From Bdellovibrionota bacterium FG-2 (GTDB taxonomy: Bacteria; Bdellovibrionota; UBA1018), in assembly GCA_051382305.1 (NCBI GenBank), contig JBBCAV010000293.1, positions 1-37,442 on the forward strand: a stretch of 37,442 bases of DNA. Reading direction: 5' to 3'. Positions 1 to 10,246 of the stretch are shown one piece after another. The translations under genes were made by a program, and so were the position numbers. Each line of letters starts with the position of its first letter. Positions within the stretch are counted from its first letter, which is position 1. The notes under the pieces are model-generated. The model did not search any database, was not told where the DNA came from, and saw only the letters and a program-made list of their open reading frames with translations.

Positions 1-354
1 GGATGGACACAGCAACAACGCGAGCAGCGCTTGCATCTCGTGGTGAATAACGCGAGATTTCTGATCCTGCCATGGATCAAGTCCCGCCACTTAGCCAGCA
101 AAGTGCTTGCCCTTACCGCCAAGAGGCTGCCGGTAGACTGGCAGAACCGATACAACTACCGTCCCGTCCTACTTGAAACCTTCGTTGAAATGAGCAAATT
201 CGCTGGCACTTCCTACAAGGCTGCGAACTGGCGGTGCCTCGGCAACACCCAGGGGCGTGGAAAATTAGATACCCGCCATCTCAAGGCTCAGCCCATCAAA
301 AGCGTCTGGGCTTACCCGTTGGCCAAAAACTTCAGACAGACCCTCTGTTCTTAA
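1..354 (+). CDS. DUF4338 (DruA-like) protein, 5'-partial, probably IS-associated
   Basis: Frame is open from base 1 (GWTQQQREQRLHLVVNNARFLILPW...LASKVL...DWQNRYNYRPVLLETFVE...GTSYKAANW...G.TQGRGK). These motifs are typical of DUF4338/PF14236. Confidence 0.85.
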   Translation, partial: GWTQQQREQRLHLVVNNARFLILPWIKSRHLASKVLALTAKRLPVDWQNRYNYRPVLLETFVEMSKFAGTSYKAANWRCLGNTQGRGKLDTRHLKAQPIKSVWAYPLAKNFRQTLCS

Positions 355-385
355 TTCCAAGCAGACGGGTTTACTGAATGCTTAC
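1..385. mobile_element. Right end of a probable IS66-like element (terminal IR about 361-385)
   Basis: The reverse complement from 385 reads GTAAGCATTCAGTAAACCCGTC, a GTAA-initiated end typical of IS66. It lies 31 nt after the DUF4338 stop. The transposase and left end are outside the window. Confidence 0.55.
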
Positions 386-539
386 GTTCTAGCGAACCTT
401 GTGCACTACTACTTGAGACAATCGTGAGGAGGACTTTGGGTGCGGCATTAACCGAAGGTCACTCATGGTGAGCTGCTTAGTTTGGTTTTTCACCCGCCTT
501 GCAGATCCAGTTTTCGAGCACAAAGACCTGATTTCGCCC

Positions 540-2384
540 TTACTGACTCGCCGGCACGCGCTCCGCAGGCGAAGTATCCCGACCCTTTGCCAGCTCCGTT
601 CTAACATTCTCAGCCTTGGCTTCTAGCTTGCGCTTGATCGCATCATCACCACTGATCTTCGCGGCATCACTATAAAGCTGCAGGGCTTTTTCCCGAAGAT
701 TCGACCGCAAATATGCGTCCGCTAAGTGCTCCAAAATCGTGGGCTCGTTGGGCTTTAGTTTGGCCGCCTTCTCTAGCTCGACGACCGCCTCATCCATTCG
801 CCCGCGAACATAAAGGTACCAACCCCAACTGTCCTGAATAAACCCATTTTCAGGCTTAAGCGAAAGCGCTTTTTTCAAAAACTTTTCCGCATCACTCAAC
901 CGAACCCCTTTAAGGGTCCAGGTATACCCGATGTAATTGAGGGCATCGACATTCTGAGGATTGAGCTTCAGAATTTCTTCCATCTGAGCCAATCCACGAT
1001 CCGTGTCCCCTTTCCGATCGTAGAGAGATCCTAAGAAATACCTAATCCGCTCATCTTGAGGAAACGTCGAAACCGCCTTTTCTAAGACGGCTACAGCGCC
1101 GTCCACATTCTTGGCGTCCTCTTCAAGCGAAGCCTGGAAAATATAGAAATTCGCCGTGCGCGGCGCCCGGCTCAGCGCCTCTTTAATAAGGTCTTTGGCC
1201 TCAGCCAAACGATTCCCCTGCTTAAGAAGATACCCCACATGCAAAACAGCATCCGTAAAGAGCTTCGACTCCGGCTTGATCTTCTTTAATTCCTCAATCG
1301 CCAGGTCGTTTTTCTTTTGTTCTTCGTAGACGCTTCCTAAGTAGTAATGAATGCGATCCGAGTCAGGATTTTTGGCCAAAATATTCTTAAAAGAAGCCAC
1401 CGCTTGATCAAATTGCTTGAGCTCCATCTGCACGAGCCCGAGCTTCACTCGCGCGTTCATGTCCTCAGGGTCAGTCGCAATAATCGCTTCTAAGAATGGG
1501 ACAGCCACCGCATATTTTTCTTCTTTTAAGAGGATCGTGGTCATGCGATTCGCCGCAGTCAAATCCTGATTCGACTCAAACAGAGATTGATAAGTAGCAA
1601 TCGCATCCGCATTCTGCCGTTGCTGCTCATAGAGCGCCCCCAGCGCAAGCGCTGCTTGCGCAAAATTGGGATGAATATCGAGCGCCTTTTTGAAGGCACT
1701 CGTCGCTTCTTTGAAGTGTTCTAAATGCACCTCAGCACGTCCTCGATAATACCATCCGACGTAAGAATCTGGCATTTTCTTCAAAAACTCTTCAAGGCTC
1801 GCAACAGCTTCTGAACCTCGACTCTCCTCAATCAAAATCTGCGATTTGAAAACAGCCGCCTCTTCGTGCTTGGGGTTGTGCTTCAAAATTCGATCATATT
1901 CCGATAACGCGGCCTGCGGCTCTCTCAGTGCAGCGTATAATCCGGCCAACATGAGACGCGCATCCTCGTAATTTGGGTCTTTTTGCAATGCTTCCTTGCA
2001 GCTTTCCATTGCATCAGAGAGCATTCCCTTCTTAACATATTCGGCGGCGAGTCTCGCCCTCACTAATCCCGAATTCGGATCAAACATAAGGGTCAGCTTA
2101 TATTCTTCGATCGCCCGATCGGGATTACCTTCCGCGACATAGGCTTGAGCCAAGCTAAAATGGTATTCAGCCGTCGCTTCGGCGTTGCGGACCGCCTTTT
2201 TAGTGTTTGCCTGGGCACGTTCCAGATGAGCAGCATCTGAAACCTCTACTTCTGAAGTGGCTGTTTTTTCAGGCGTTTCCTTCACAACAGCACGTCCAGA
2301 GCAACCCACTCCTGCGCCCGCTCCAATCACAATTGAAGCGATCCCAAGAAGCAGCTTATGATGAGCAGTAAATAGATATTTCAT
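540..2384 (-). CDS. Multi-TPR repeat lipoprotein
   Basis: Many TPR units and a C-terminal block ALNYIGYTW...DSWGWYLY...EHLADAY. Start MKYLF at 2384 has GGAGGG upstream and a lipobox-like GVGC. The protein ends in RVPASQ. Confidence 0.85.
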   Translation of the reverse strand: MKYLFTAHHKLLLGIASIVIGAGAGVGCSGRAVVKETPEKTATSEVEVSDAAHLERAQANTKKAVRNAEATAEYHFSLAQAYVAEGNPDRAIEEYKLTLMFDPNSGLVRARLAAEYVKKGMLSDAMESCKEALQKDPNYEDARLMLAGLYAALREPQAALSEYDRILKHNPKHEEAAVFKSQILIEESRGSEAVASLEEFLKKMPDSYVGWYYRGRAEVHLEHFKEATSAFKKALDIHPNFAQAALALGALYEQQRQNADAIATYQSLFESNQDLTAANRMTTILLKEEKYAVAVPFLEAIIATDPEDMNARVKLGLVQMELKQFDQAVASFKNILAKNPDSDRIHYYLGSVYEEQKKNDLAIEELKKIKPESKLFTDAVLHVGYLLKQGNRLAEAKDLIKEALSRAPRTANFYIFQASLEEDAKNVDGAVAVLEKAVSTFPQDERIRYFLGSLYDRKGDTDRGLAQMEEILKLNPQNVDALNYIGYTWTLKGVRLSDAEKFLKKALSLKPENGFIQDSWGWYLYVRGRMDEAVVELEKAAKLKPNEPTILEHLADAYLRSNLREKALQLYSDAAKISGDDAIKRKLEAKAENVRTELAKGRDTSPAERVPASQ

Positions 2385-2750
2385 GAAAATGCGTCCCTCC
2401 GACACCGTACTCATCGTCATTGCTCCCCAAAACTTGTCTAAAAACTGAACGTCCCACAGAAAAAGCCGCCTGGAACACCTCATGCAAAGCGAAATCCGCC
2501 CAGAACACGCCTTGCGTTTGGGGATGAGGTGTGTTTTACTGGGTGCGTTAGCTGCATAACGACATAAAGTCGCGGCAGAGGTTATAGGGACACTTGACTT
2601 TACCGCGGCGGGTTGTTATTGGGCTAATACAGTTTGCATTGACACGTAGTGACGTACAAACCTCACCACAGGTCAGTGTGACTGTGATTGGAACCAATTT
2701 GGGGGTCCGTAATTGGTAAACTCTCAGAACTACCTTAGGGGGAACACGAC

Positions 2751-3119
2751 ATGAAAGAGATGAAAATCATTAAACGGTATCAGAATCGCAAACTCTACGA
2801 CACACATGAGTCGAGCTACGTCACCTTGGACGAAATTGCCAAGATGATTAAAAGCGGCGAAGATCTTCGCGTCATCGATAACAAAACGAAGAATGACATC
2901 ACCGCTTCGACACTCACTCAGCTTCTGTACGAAAGCGAGCGCAAAGCAAAGACTCAGCCTTCTGTGGATCTTTTGAAAGAAATCATTCGCCACGGCGATG
3001 GCTCTTTCTCAGGCTTCATTCAGGCTAAGATCAGCACTGAATTGGCTACTTTCGACAACGACACGAATGCAGCTGTGGATACAAACGCAGCCACTCGCGC
3101 CACAGCCCTTAACCAGTAA
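2751..3119 (+). CDS. PhaR-type (PHB_acc_N) DNA-binding regulator
   Basis: IIKRYQNRKLYDTHESSYVTLDEIAKMIKSGEDLRVIDNKTKNDIT matches the PhaR N-terminal domain. RBS AGGGGG. Confidence 0.85.
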   Translation: MKEMKIIKRYQNRKLYDTHESSYVTLDEIAKMIKSGEDLRVIDNKTKNDITASTLTQLLYESERKAKTQPSVDLLKEIIRHGDGSFSGFIQAKISTELATFDNDTNAAVDTNAATRATALNQ

Positions 3120-3152
3120 GCTGCTGCGCGAAGTCTAGTCGCCAATTTTTTG

Positions 3153-3184
3153 GCGCAAACACTGTCAAAAAACAGAGTTTGCGC
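3153..3184 (+). terminator. Hairpin after the PhaR-like gene, possible terminator
   Basis: GCGCAAAC-A-CTGT...ACAG-A-GTTTGCGC inverted repeat. No strong U-tract on the + strand. Confidence 0.4.
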
Positions 3185-3215
3185 GTCACGAAAAAGGCCG
3201 CTAGACTGAAGAGGT

Positions 3216-3932
3216 ATGAACGTAAAACACCTCTTTCAAAGTTGTAAGTTCCAGCGGGTCTCGATCGAAGCGGCAGCACTCATGGCACTCATACTGTGTT
3301 TTGAGAGCGCCGCTTCGTCGGCCCAAGGATGGCAGGGTCAACCTTCTTGGGCTTCTGATCCTCCGGTTAAGAAGTCCGTTTCTCACGTCAAGTACGATTC
3401 ACCCAACATCTCACCCTTCTCACCAGGATCGAATAATTTGGGCCTAGATTTAGGCCAAGTTTTTCTCATGGGCGATCTCGATAGTAACTATCAATCCAGC
3501 ATTGGAACACGCCTTCATTATACCTACGGCGTGAGCGATCTCTTTGGATTTGATTCAAGCCTAGGATTTTCAGATCACTCCGAAGGAAAATTTTCTATGA
3601 CCACGGTCCTTTCAGGCGCTCGCATGAATCTCGCCTGGTATGACAAAGTCATTCCCTACGTGAATTTCGGCTTCGGCTTTTTCAGGCCCAGCTACGAACT
3701 TTCAAACAAAGACAAGGATACAGGCGAAATGAGAACAACGTCTGTGTCCCCGCTCCTTTTTGGAGTGTATATGGGACCGGGACTTGATCTCGAACTCAAC
3801 CAACAGGTCTTCTTTGGAGCCTCGCTTACCTTTCACGATGCCTTTGGGACAACAAAAACCACACCAAACGGGCCCATGGAAGTAGGCGGAACCTTTACGT
3901 CTTTGATGCTCAGAGCCGGCGTCACCTTTTAA
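3216..3932 (+). CDS. Outer-membrane beta-barrel protein (OmpA/OmpW-like 8-stranded)
   Basis: Signal peptide, amphipathic beta-strands (IPYVNFGFGFF, FGVYMGPGLDLEL) and C-terminal RAGVTF. Confidence 0.7.
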   Translation: MNVKHLFQSCKFQRVSIEAAALMALILCFESAASSAQGWQGQPSWASDPPVKKSVSHVKYDSPNISPFSPGSNNLGLDLGQVFLMGDLDSNYQSSIGTRLHYTYGVSDLFGFDSSLGFSDHSEGKFSMTTVLSGARMNLAWYDKVIPYVNFGFGFFRPSYELSNKDKDTGEMRTTSVSPLLFGVYMGPGLDLELNQQVFFGASLTFHDAFGTTKTTPNGPMEVGGTFTSLMLRAGVTF

Positions 3933-4023
3933 GTTGTCTTATTCGGAATTCGCGCAAGGCGATTATAGCCATTGCGCACGGCGTTAAAGTAAGGTATGAA
4001 GCACTTCGAATTGGGGTGTTTCT

Positions 4024-4884
4024 ATGTCACATATTTCAACTATCTTTGCCTTTATTACCGCCCTAAGCGCTTCTATAGGCGCAATCTCCGCTCACGCGGT
4101 TGATCTCTCAAACTGGGAGCCGATGATCGAAGTCGGAACCGAAGGCACACTAGAATCCGAGAATGAAATGACCGCGCTCCTTCGTGTCGGCTTTGGTTTC
4201 AAGCGGAAAGGCGGAGAAGTCACCCCCATCGACACCCTCGGGCCTGAACGAATGGTCTGGGCTAAAATAAACGGAACCTTTGCGCTCGCATCTAGGCAAG
4301 CCGGAACCCTCCCTTCGATGAATATTGAATTCATCCCTTACGAAGATCAGCTTCTGATCGGAGAAATGGGGGGAGAGGCCTCAGGCACAAAAAAGATCAA
4401 AGTTATGGGAAATTTGCAGCTCTTTCCCACCCAAATAAAAAGAGAAGTGAGCCTAGATCAAGAATTGGTCGTGCGAATAGCGGTTGTCGGCGTGCAGGTT
4501 AAAGCCGCACAGAAACAGAGTGCACAAACGGAACTCTACGCCCAAATTGCGGCTGACTTCATTGGATACAAGGTCGCCTCCCACGTTTCTGAACTCGCAA
4601 CGTTCAAGGGCATCCATGTCGCGGAGCTTGGGGCCGAAGCAGGTATAGGAACTCTGCTTTCAAAATCTCTGTATTTAAAAATTGGACTTGGGGGGAGTGC
4701 GGACTTCAACTTTTTATCCAGCATACAATCCGACCAAAAAGCCTATCTTGCGGTCCGCCTCGACATCGCGCAGCTTGTCCAACTCTACGTCCAAGGCTCA
4801 GTCAAAGGAAATTGGGATAGTAGAAACTTATTTTATGAGGGCGGTTCTGAGCTGATGGCGGGGGTTGTAGTTTATTGGGACTAA
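4024..4884 (+). CDS. Secreted hypothetical protein, probable outer-membrane beta-barrel
   Basis: Signal peptide ending AHA, beta-rich sequence, C-terminal MAGVVVYWD. Confidence 0.6.
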   Translation: MSHISTIFAFITALSASIGAISAHAVDLSNWEPMIEVGTEGTLESENEMTALLRVGFGFKRKGGEVTPIDTLGPERMVWAKINGTFALASRQAGTLPSMNIEFIPYEDQLLIGEMGGEASGTKKIKVMGNLQLFPTQIKREVSLDQELVVRIAVVGVQVKAAQKQSAQTELYAQIAADFIGYKVASHVSELATFKGIHVAELGAEAGIGTLLSKSLYLKIGLGGSADFNFLSSIQSDQKAYLAVRLDIAQLVQLYVQGSVKGNWDSRNLFYEGGSELMAGVVVYWD

Positions 4885-4897
4885 GGTACCGTTGAAC

Positions 4898-4943
4898 AAA
4901 AAAATCCCCGGCAAGTGGTTTGACCCACTCCCGGGGATTCTTA
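4898..4943 (-). terminator. Rho-independent terminator of groESL, possibly bidirectional
   Basis: Stem AATCCCCGG...CCGGGGATT with an A7 tract at 4898-4904 (U-tract on the - strand), between convergent genes. Confidence 0.75.
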
Positions 4944-4975
4944 ATTTAGTTAGCGTTAAGCCGACCGATGAAAAA

Positions 4976-6649
<1,674 letters not shown>

Positions 6650-6663
6650 TTAATTAAAATTGA

Positions 6664-6951
6664 TTAGTTGAGAACGCCGAGAATATCTTCCTCACGCATC
6701 ATGAGGAACTCGTCGCCATCGATTTTGATTTCGGTGCCGGAATATTTTCCGAACAACACGCGATCGCCTTTTTTAACATCAAGCGGACGGAGCTTGCCAT
6801 CTTCGCTAACGCGGCCTTGGCCTACGGCAATCACTTCACCCTGAATGGGTTTTTCCTTAGCGGTATCAGGAATAATGATCCCGCCCTTGGACTTTTCTTC
6901 TTCGTTAAAACGCTTCACCAACACGCGATCGTGCAATGGTCTAACTTGCAT
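6664..6951 (-). CDS. groES: Co-chaperonin GroES
   Basis: [11 protein letters not shown]...[13 protein letters not shown]...[17 protein letters not shown]. Confidence 0.99.
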   Translation of the reverse strand: MQVRPLHDRVLVKRFNEEEKSKGGIIIPDTAKEKPIQGEVIAVGQGRVSEDGKLRPLDVKKGDRVLFGKYSGTEIKIDGDEFLMMREEDILGVLN

Positions 6952-7095
6952 ATATTCAGCCTCCTAGTAATTCCCAATAGTCGAAACGTTAATGTTTCTT
7001 AAGTTGGGGTCAAAGTCCGAGGGAACCAACCTTTGCCTACAAGCAACTCGGCCGACCCGCGAAACAAAATTGAAAGTACATCTTTACTACAGGCC

Positions 7096-7125
7096 GTATA
7101 TTGGTCACTGCGACCGCGTTGTCAA
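7096..7125 (-). promoter_or_regulatory. Probable groESL promoter (sigma32/sigma70-like)
   Basis: The - strand reads TTGACA-N15-CCAATATAC, resembling heat-shock promoter architecture. No CIRCE element seen. Confidence 0.45.
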
Positions 7126-7214
7126 CTTGGGATGGCCAGATTTCGATCAAAAGGACCGAAAAAGAGGCTAACGCAAGTGGACATGTACTGATTTCGATGA
7201 TATAATGCATTGCG

Positions 7215-7958
7215 ATGAAAAAATATTATGTTTTCATGATGGTTGCCGCATCCGCTCTGATTCAGGTTGCCGCGAAAAACGCGGAACCCACACAGAGTTA
7301 CTCTGCCGTCGACACGAGCGTGATCCCGGACACGGGAATCGTACTCGATGAAAAGGGCGATGCGATGGATTCAGATTCGGGAACGGCTTCAGCTGCAGTT
7401 GAAGCTGCGCCTGTTGCGCCCCCCCCACCAAGGGCACCTGTGAAATCAGTTCAGCCTGCGAAACCGAAAGCTGTGGTGCGAAAACAAGCGCCGGTGGCGA
7501 GCGCACCTGTCGCGCGACAGGCGGAACCTACTGCCCAGTCTGCTGTTACACCGGCACCAAAACAGGAAGCGCGAATTAATTACGACAAAGTTCCTGCAAG
7601 CGAAACCGCGCCACTCATGCAACGACTGAAACTTGTTGAACAACTCATTGAGCGCCATCATCGTGCATATGATTATCGGGCGTTTACGGTGAAGCAACTT
7701 CAAGAAATTTTGAAGGCATTGGATGAACCATTTGATAAAGCGTTTCAAGATGGAAAGCCGAGTGAGTCTGCTGCGCCTATTTCTGTAGCACCGCCCATCG
7801 AGACGGATAAAGTGCCGGCAGTAATCGAATCCATGGCGACACCAACGTCTGAAATTCCCGCAGCTTCGGCGCCTTCGGAACCACCTGTTCCAGCGTTGGA
7901 GGTGCCAGAACCTGCTAAGGGACAGAATAGGGCGGGAGCACCGGCGCCGGAAATATGA
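7215..7958 (+). CDS. Secreted Pro/Ala-rich hypothetical protein
   Basis: N-terminal hydrophobic signal. Low-complexity Pro/Ala segments flank a small helical core (RLKLVEQLIERHHRAYDYR). TATAAT lies 8 nt upstream. Confidence 0.7.
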   Translation: MKKYYVFMMVAASALIQVAAKNAEPTQSYSAVDTSVIPDTGIVLDEKGDAMDSDSGTASAAVEAAPVAPPPPRAPVKSVQPAKPKAVVRKQAPVASAPVARQAEPTAQSAVTPAPKQEARINYDKVPASETAPLMQRLKLVEQLIERHHRAYDYRAFTVKQLQEILKALDEPFDKAFQDGKPSESAAPISVAPPIETDKVPAVIESMATPTSEIPAASAPSEPPVPALEVPEPAKGQNRAGAPAPEI

Positions 7959-8874
7959 TTGCCTTTAGTTGGCGCGTGATCAGCATTACGGCACTTGCAC
8001 TTCTGAGCGCCTCAGCACTTGCCGATCTTGATCGCTATAATCACTACATGTTTGATCCTGCAGATTCCCGAATATCCCAATATCTTAGAGATGTTTCTAC
8101 GTCGATCGGAAGTATGGGAATTGGACCGGGCAATTTTAACGTCGCATTTTTAGCGGAGTATCTTCAGCAATCGCTGACAAGCATGTGCTTAAATGGACTG
8201 CCATGCGGGACAATATCTATGAAGGACGCAATCGAATCGTTAACGCTCCCCGTATCGCTAAAGTACTCCTGACAGACGAGACGTTAGATTTTACCCTCGT
8301 GCAAGTCGAAGGTAATCCTGGCGATAAATATGGAGTATTGCAGTTATCTAATCGCGCTCAACAATATCCGCGCGAAGAAAAGGTTTGGCACTGGTTCCCG
8401 CCTCACCACGAAACATTGCAGTTACAAGGGGACACCTTAGCCATAGTGGGTCATCCAGCAAATCACCCACCCTATCCACAAGGGGAGCTTTTCAAGACAA
8501 TCAAGAAAATGTCCGGTCCCTGTCAGATCACTGGAGGTGTTTCAACTGTTGGACGAGGTTTTCGGCAAAGCGAAGATGAATGGACTACCAATATTGACAT
8601 TGCCCGACTTTTTAGTCGCCATGAATGGGTGCAAGGTGTGCTTTATTCCACGGAAGTTCCTACTAATTGCGCCATCAGCGGCGGTAATTCAGGCTCACCG
8701 GCTCTTGATGCTAATTCGTTCGTTATCGGAATCATGCATTTTGGTACACCCGGCTGGTACGACAATCCCGCCATCGATCCGGCCAGCACCATGATCCCAA
8801 TGTCAGAAATTTTTAACAAATATGGAGCGGAATTTAGAGCGTTTGGAATTATTCCTGAGACAGAGCGAAAATAA
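7955..8874 (+). pseudogene. Trypsin-like (S1) serine protease, frameshifted near 8140-8160
   Basis: The signal peptide is in ORF 7955-8272. The catalytic triad motifs (ADKHVL, LDFTLV, GGNSGSP) are in the other frame, which is open only from 8140. A T5 run lies at 8147-8151. Confidence 0.75.
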
Positions 8875-9040
8875 CAACATAGCGACTGTCGCGCGACAGG
8901 TGACTCTCCCCTACAGCCCGATAAACCGGACCGAGGACTGTGAGCCTCCCGAGTGATGCCGTGGGCGACCAGGGCGTCGATCACCGAAGTCTTTGGCCAC
9001 CCCGTAAATTTAGAAATTTGAGCAGCGGACCATTGTTTTT

Positions 9041-9280
9041 CTACGAAAAAGCCTCAGGAATGGCGACGTTCTCAAGGGGCTTTGATAGAAAATGTTTAAT
9101 GAAAATGGACAGATAGTGAAGGTTTTGGTTCTGTTCATATTCTTTAGAAGGCGAAGAGTCCCGCCGCTCTCTTGGATAGCAGGGATGGTTTTCTGCGCAC
9201 TGATGACAGACTTGACGTTTACAGGTGGGACATTCTTGAATAGCAGGCTCGCGTTTGCAGTATTTGCATATTTGGGTCAT
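9041..9280 (-). CDS. Small B-box-like zinc-finger protein, possibly part of a degraded gene
   Basis: Cys/His pattern CKYC-x8-CPTC-x4-CHQC-x3-HPC. Confidence 0.45.
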   Translation of the reverse strand: MTQICKYCKREPAIQECPTCKRQVCHQCAENHPCYPRERRDSSPSKEYEQNQNLHYLSIFIKHFLSKPLENVAIPEAFS

Positions 9281-9364
9281 GGGTCCACTTTCGCAGCTTT
9301 TGCTGATTCGAGCATTAAATATTTTGCATTTACTCCCGTACCCCCACCAAAGTATAGGCTCTCC

Positions 9365-10246
9365 ATGACTAACCTTCCGAAGCGCTTTAAGGGCTGGGCG
9401 ATTCCAGGCCCAGAGATCACTGAGTTCAATCTAGAAGAAATCCAAAAATCTTTTGATGAACCGCTCACCTTAGACGCACTCTCCGGGCATCTTCGAATCC
9501 TGCAGTATAAAAATGGCCATCGCTACTCCACCGACGACGTACTTGCAGCCTGGTATGGAACTTCTTTTTGCCCACGAGCTGAAAAGATCTTGGATCTAGG
9601 ATGCGGCATCGGATCCGTTGGAATGCTTGCCGCCTGGAAACTTCCTGGAGCAAAAATCATCGGAATCGAAGCCCAAGAACGAAGCTATAGGCTCGCTCAG
9701 CTCTCCGTTGCCGGCAATGGCTTTTCTGATCGGTACGAACTGCGGAATTTTGATCTGCGGAGCCCCGAGGCGCTCAAGGCTTCAGAGTTCTTTGATCTCA
9801 TCTTGACCAGCCCCCCCTACTTTCCGCTCGGAACCGGACTGCTGGGCAATCACCCCCAAAAAGTGGAGTGCCGTTTTGAAGTTCGCGGATCGGTTCAAGA
9901 CTATCTTGAGGTGGCCTCTCGTCACCTCAACAGCTGCGGTATCATGGTAAGCGTTTTCCCCCATAATCAGATGGAGCGGGCCTACGAAAGCATCAACAAA
10001 GAAGGCCTCTTTTTAATCAGACAAACGCCTGTGGTTTTCCGAGAAGGAGACGAACCACTACTCATGCTTTTTGCCGCCATGAAAGCTTCGGATCTTCCGG
10101 AAGATTTAGTTACGAGGCAGGCGGCCAAATCCACACCGCCGTGTTTATTCACCGAGGCGCCTCTCGTGATCAGAAACGCGAAGGGAATTCCCACGGATTT
10201 CTATCTAGCCCTAAAACTCTCAATGGGGATGCCTCCCACGATCTAG
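9365..10246 (+). CDS. SAM-dependent methyltransferase, TrmN6/YfiC-like (tRNA m6A37)
   Basis: GHRYSTDDVL, ILDLGCGIGSVG, FDLILTSPPY, CRFE. Likely start is MTNLPK at 9365. Confidence 0.8.
   Translation: MTNLPKRFKGWAIPGPEITEFNLEEIQKSFDEPLTLDALSGHLRILQYKNGHRYSTDDVLAAWYGTSFCPRAEKILDLGCGIGSVGMLAAWKLPGAKIIGIEAQERSYRLAQLSVAGNGFSDRYELRNFDLRSPEALKASEFFDLILTSPPYFPLGTGLLGNHPQKVECRFEVRGSVQDYLEVASRHLNSCGIMVSVFPHNQMERAYESINKEGLFLIRQTPVVFREGDEPLLMLFAAMKASDLPEDLVTRQAAKSTPPCLFTEAPLVIRNAKGIPTDFYLALKLSMGMPPTI

Noticed and set aside
1-354. Druantia anti-phage system
   Set aside because: Only the DUF4338 domain is visible, followed by an IS-like end. No DruE helicase or other dru genes are in the window.
2484-2750. 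Structured ncRNA or riboswitch in the TPR/PhaR-like divergent intergenic region
   Set aside because: There are a few imperfect hairpins and TTGAC boxes, but no family motif I can recognise. An Rfam/Infernal scan would be needed.
9092-9364. N-terminal extension of the methyltransferase ORF; likewise 27050-27232, 33504-33608 and 2385-2483
   Set aside because: Most of these extensions overlap neighbouring genes. Downstream ATGs fit domain boundaries, signal peptides or RBSs better.
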